Under the pieces are notes generated by a model. That model had not been told where the DNA came from and searched no databases. It was given only the letters and a program-made list of their open reading frames with translations. From the IMG/VR virus record IMGVR_UViG_3300021958_000045, positions 1 through 64,000 of that record: a stretch of 64,000 nt of DNA. One strand, written 5' to 3'. The DNA is from a virus. Taxonomy: Duplodnaviria; Caudoviricetes. The translations under genes were made by a program, and so were the position numbers. Below, piece after piece: positions 38,001-44,000 of the stretch; the stretch's first letter is position 1; the number at the start of each line of letters is the position of its first letter.

Positions 38001-41000
38001 TTCTCATATTGTTTCCTGAGAGAAATTAATTCTTTTTCAGAGTAACCTTTTTTGATCAACATTTCAAGATCAGACTTTGGCCCCTTATTTTTAATATAAT
38101 TTTCTAAAAATAATTTATCATGCCAGCTTCTAGATGTAATTGTTTTACTCTTAAATCCATGTTTTGCTAGCATGTTTTGAGCGGCAGATCTCTCCCCATT
38201 AGTTGCACCTCTTTTTGCAAGCTCTCTAATTGCCTTAATGTTAACAAAGTTTGGGACTGTTTCTGGAGCAGTAACAGAGAAATTGGGTAAAACCAACTCT
38301 TCATTTGTATTGGTTCTTTTTTGTTGTTTGGCGAACATGTATTCATTAAACTCTTCTTCAAGAGAATTTAAATCTTGTGTTGATACAGTTTTTCCAGTTG
38401 GAGAAATAATTTTATCTTTTTGGACGGTGAATTTTTCCTGAAATAATCTTTGTATATCTTGATCTTCTTTTCTAATTGCCTCAGATTTAGCTTTATTAAA
38501 TTCTGTACTCTTTAATTGCTCTTGCTTCTTGAAAATTTCAGATTCAATTTGTTTAACTTTATCTGGGTTTTTGCCTGGGTTCGATGGTCGACTTAATTGG
38601 AATTTTTCTTTTTGAAGTGTTGTAATTTCTTTTTGTATTTTGTCATACTCAGTTTTATTAAATTTTTGCGCAAATTCCTTTGATTCGTATACTATGTCTC
38701 TTGAACCCTTACCTGTTGGGCCCATAAGTGGATTTGTAACCTTTGATAATTGAGATGTTAAACGATTTAAAATTTTAACGTCTTGAGGAATATTACTACC
38801 AACTCCATATGCATTACCAACAGAGAGATTTAATTTAGTTACTTTATCAGAAATGCTTTTATAATTTTTATTATGTATATTGTCTTTAATAAATTTATTA
38901 AATGCGGGCGAAGCGAAATTAGGTATATGCCCATCTGACATAATAGCTAGACCTTTCATCTCTGCAAACTCTTGATATAATTTACTTATTTGTTCTTCTG
39001 AAATTGACTCTGAACCACGAGCTTTCTTTACAAATTTTAATATATCTTCAGCACTGTCTACGTTTTTTGTAGTAAATTTTTCTGCGGATTTTGCGAGGGC
39101 TTTTTGGGTATCTGTAGAAGTAAAAATTGTTTTTGAAACATTATCAAAGCTATCAGGATTGTATAGTCTTTTTAGGTCCGCTCCAGTTTTACCCATTGGG
39201 AAGGACTGATAATCTTCTGCCTTAAGAGATTGCACGTCTTTTATATTTACCTGACTAGGAACCTCTTCCCTCTTATTCTTCCAAGAGGTTAGTCGATCAT
39301 AATTTCTATTGCCCGAAGAATTTTGGGCGACCTGAGTAGACTTAACTACGGCACCCATGATTTCAGGATAACCTTTTTGTGCAGCAAATTGGGCAAACTC
39401 TTGAAGCTTAACATCGGAATCAAAAGAAATCTTATCTTTAGTTAGTTTATTTTGAGGTTTATGCCCAGAGATGAAATGCATTTTAGGGTTCTTACCCCAC
39501 TGCTTAAACTTTGCATCAGGAAACTGCATCTTTGCAAGTTCCAAATCTTTTTCCATAACATACTCTTTACCACTCTTGGTTTGTTTAATATTAAACATTG
39601 ATGGAATTCTTGCAAAATTAGGAATTAATCCTTGAGAATAATTTTCTAACTGAGGAACTTCTCCAGAAGCTCTTCTCCTCAACATCTTACCTCTTGGCGT
39701 AAATTTATTTATTCTTTTTAAAATATCTTCCCGATGCTTCTTAAAGTATTCAATTCCTTCTTTTTTTGTTTTAAATTCTCCGCTAATTTGAGCTTCTTCT
39801 AAATGCTTTAATACAGAACCCATTTGAGGCCCTGGCTCTACTAATTTTTCTTGTATTAAATCTCGACCTTGTACAATTGGCTTAGGTGGCTCTTTGTATA
39901 TTCCGCTTTCTTTTGCAATTGAGCTCATTCTACTAATATTCTTTTCATCGACTTGAGTAAATTTTCTTGCAGTTACATCGTCAGATAAATTTTTGCCCAT
40001 GTCAGATTCAAGCAATATTTGAAACTTACTTAAGTCTCCTACATCCTTAGTTAACCTATTAATAGATTTCTGCGTCAAATTCTGAGGAAAATTTGAGTGA
40101 AACATATGTCTTTCAACAAAAGGCGTTAAGTCTTTAGATAATTTACTCGCTTCTCCTTGAGACATAATTCTACCCAAGAAACTTTTCATTGGCGCGACTC
40201 CAGCCTTTTCGTGACCGTAAGAAGTTATCGAGCCATCTTTGTTTATTTGTGTGTTTGTAACTTTGCCAAAATCATGCGTTAAAGCAGAAAACATCAATTT
40301 GCTTCTTTCTTTTTCTGGAAGCATTTGCCAATTTTTATTATTGGCCATTGCATTAGTTACAAGTTTTGTGTGATTAAATACATCTCCTTCGGGGTGATGC
40401 TTGGGAGACTGGGGAACTCCCTGCAATTTATCAATTTCAGGAAAATGCTTTATCCATCCAGACTCTTTTAGAAATTGCAAACCTTTTTCTGGATTGGTAG
40501 ATTTAGATGCCCATTTCATCCATTCTTCTCTAACTCTTTCTTTTGGAAGATCTTTAAATTGTCCAACCATTTCTCGAGAATAGTTGATCAATTCTTTATC
40601 TGCAGAAAGATTAAACCTTCCAGCCATCTGCATAGATCTTAATACCCTCAAAGGGTCTTCTTTAAATCTAGGAGACGTAGGCTTCATGATGCCGTCTTGT
40701 AAATCCTGCCTCCCTCCCAAGGGGTCAATAAATTTCTTTGTGAGAGGGTCGTAAGAAATAGAATTGATTGTTAAATCTCTTCTTTGTGCAGCTTCTTTGC
40801 GCCCCATATTAGGATCTACTTCAACCTCAAAACCTCTATGTCCAGCACCTACTTTCTTTTCTCTTCTTGGCATCGAGAACTCAAAATCTTGCCCCCCGCT
40901 TTTAGCTTTGAATACTCCAAAGTCTTTGCCAACTAAGCCTTCTTTAGTTAAAGATGGAGACAATATTTTTTGCAATTTTTCTTGTTCTAAACCAAAAACC

Positions 41001-44000
41001 TCAACATCCCAATCTTTAGGAAATTTGCCCATTAAAAAGTCTCGAGGAGCTCCGCCTACAATCTGAGCACTACCTCCAGCAGCTTGAATTTCTTTTGATA
41101 CTTTTTCAAGATATCTGGGGACGGGCATAGTTTCTGCCGCAAAGTTAGGGACAAGGTCTCTTTGTGTATTTTCTGGTTGAGCAAAGTTGGGAACCAAACC
41201 TTCAGCATTTCCACTACCTCTTCCAGAATGCTGGCCACTAAATTGATAATGAGTTCCAGTTATATTTTCATTTCTAAGGTTACGAATAGCTTCTATATTT
41301 TCAATTGCGTCATCGATCAGATCGTACTTACCCCCTTGCTTTTTCCAAATTCTCTCTAATAGAATCGCTTTCTTTTCTGCAGGCTTTAAATTCCTATAAC
41401 CAGGAACCCTTCCTCCTTTTGCTTTAATTATTTTTCCAGAACCATCGCTAGCAATTTTAATATTATTAAACATATCTGCGGTGGTCATAATCTTTTCAGG
41501 ATTAATTCCCCATTTTTTTAATTTTTCTTCAATAAATGGCACAGACTGTTTTGCTCGAGCAGTTAAGACAGTGACCGCTTGACCCTGAAGTTCTTTTGCT
41601 AACGGGGTAGGTTTAGCCAATCCTGCAGATTCAGCTTGAAACAAATCTTTAGACTTTACATTCTTAGAATAAGTGCCTAGTGTTTCGTCAAAATCATAAA
41701 ATTTTCTAAAGCCTGCGTTTCTTTTGAGGGCAAAGTTGGGAACGAGTCCTTCAGATAATTTTGATACAGTTCTCTCTAATGTGCCAGCATCTTTTGTAAA
41801 ATTAGGAACAGCTCCTTCTGAATATTTTTTTAGAGATTTGCCTGGAGCTTGTTTTTTCTGACTCTCTTGAAGCTTGACAATCTTTTGCCAAATTTGGTTT
41901 GCTTCGCCATTTAACTGGCTAATCTTTGGATCTATTTCAGCTCTGGGCCTCCCAGATTGAGACAGTTGCTTTGCTTGTCCTAGTTTGCCCTGCCACATCT
42001 TTAAAAGCCTTGATCGATCTGACTGCATATCAACAGGCTTAATAAAATTAGGCACTGCTTCTTGAGAATTTAAATAACTAGCGTAATTGGGAACAACTCC
42101 TTCTGAATATTTCTTAGCAGACTTGCTAGATATTTGTTTCTTTTGTTTCTCTTGGAGGCCGACAATCCTTTGCCAGATTTGATTTGCTTCGCCATTTAGT
42201 TGACTAATCTTGGGATCTATTTCGGCTCTAGGTTTTCCAGATTGAGACAGTTGCTTTGCTTGTTCCAGTTTACCTTGCCACATCTTTAAAAGCCTTGGTC
42301 GATCAGACTGCATGTCTACAGGTTTAATAAAATTAGGAACTACTCCCTCAGAATAAAAGCCTGCCTTTTCATCTCTATTAAAATTCTTATCCCCCTTTTT
42401 TAATATTTTTGTATATGCATCCATGGCAAAATATTCGCCAGATGCAGTTCCACTTAAAATGGAATTTTTTGTATTAAACCCTAAATTTGCTTCTGACCAA
42501 CTATTAAATGACTCTATACCATTTTCTTTAACCCATTTACTAACTTTAGTTTTTAAAGATTTAATATTTTTAAATTCGATTTCATCATTTCCAATCTGAA
42601 AAGTTCCCGAGGTTGACATTCCTGGCTTGATTCTTTGTTTTAATTGTGGGAATGCATTGATTATGGTTTCCCAAGGAGTTTTGCCTGAAGAAGCACGAAT
42701 TTGGTCAAAGGTACTGTGAATCTCTTTATTTTTCCATCTTCTTTTTCCTGTAAAGCCTGCGATTTTATCAAAATTTCTATTAGCTCCCCCCTTCATAGAA
42801 GGATCGTTTACATCTGCTCCTTTAGCTCTTTCTGAATATAAAATGTCAGTCTTGTTTTCGTAATCGTACTCTCCCTTGCCATAAGTAAATCTAGTTGTTG
42901 TTCCAGTTTTTTTATCAGTTACTTGTATAATGGGTAATTGACCATTCCATTCATTAGTAGTCTTCATACCGTCGAACCCTTTAATATCTTTTTGGGCTCT
43001 TGCAAGATTTTTCTCTCTAATTTTTTTAAGTAATTCTGGCTTGCCCCAAGTAGACACAAAATTTGGTATACTTTTAGCAGCATCTGGAATTATTCCTTGT
43101 GCAGCCCTCTTTTTACCACCAGCAGCAATAGCTTTACCTCGTCCAGCTACTGTTCCAGCGGCAGCCTTCTTTTGCTTTTCAAAATCTTTATATTGTTTTA
43201 ATTTTTGATAACCTCCCCTAGAATCAATAATTTTTTTAATTCCACTGCCAATATTTTTCTTGCTTGATGAAACTTTAGCATCTACATTTTTGCCTTTTCT
43301 TGAATCTAAATTAAATGCAGTTGTTAAGTTTTTTTGAAATTCAGGACCAGGAAAATCCCATCCAGCGGTTCCAGGATCGTTTTTTACAACTGAATTTTTA
43401 ATATAATTTAAAGTTGCTTCAAATACCCTTCCTGTGAATTGAGGGCCTGCAGACTTATCCAAGTAATCGCTTAATGGGCCAGAACCTTTAACCTTTCCTC
43501 TTGGCATAATATCTCTAGCTACATCTCCTATGGCAGAAGTCATATGCTTATCAACAATACTATGGAAGCTTGAGCCTTGTGATTGAGCCAGTCTACCGAT
43601 AGTGAAGTTTCGTGCTTCAAATTTTGTGCCTTTAAAAGCTGGAGGAACTGCGCCATCAAACACTGAAGATGCTGCTACAGTTTGATTTTTTCCTGTTTCT
43701 GATTTGCCCGCTTCTGCTGTTATAATACCCTGTCCAGCTGCATTTAATTTAATTACCTGATTGTTGGTTGCTTTAAAATTTGGTACATAACCAGTAGAGT
43801 AAAAGCTTTTGGTTCCATAGTCAGCGGCAGAATAAAATTTTTCAATACCATTGTCATAATTGAATCTTTGCATCATATCTTGATTTAATATTGCAGATGC
43901 GCCTGAACCCATAAAGTTTTCAACAATTACTTCATCTGTATTTGCAACGATATCTTGCTTTTGAGTTTTTGTTTTTTGAAAGTTTTTAATTAATACAGGG

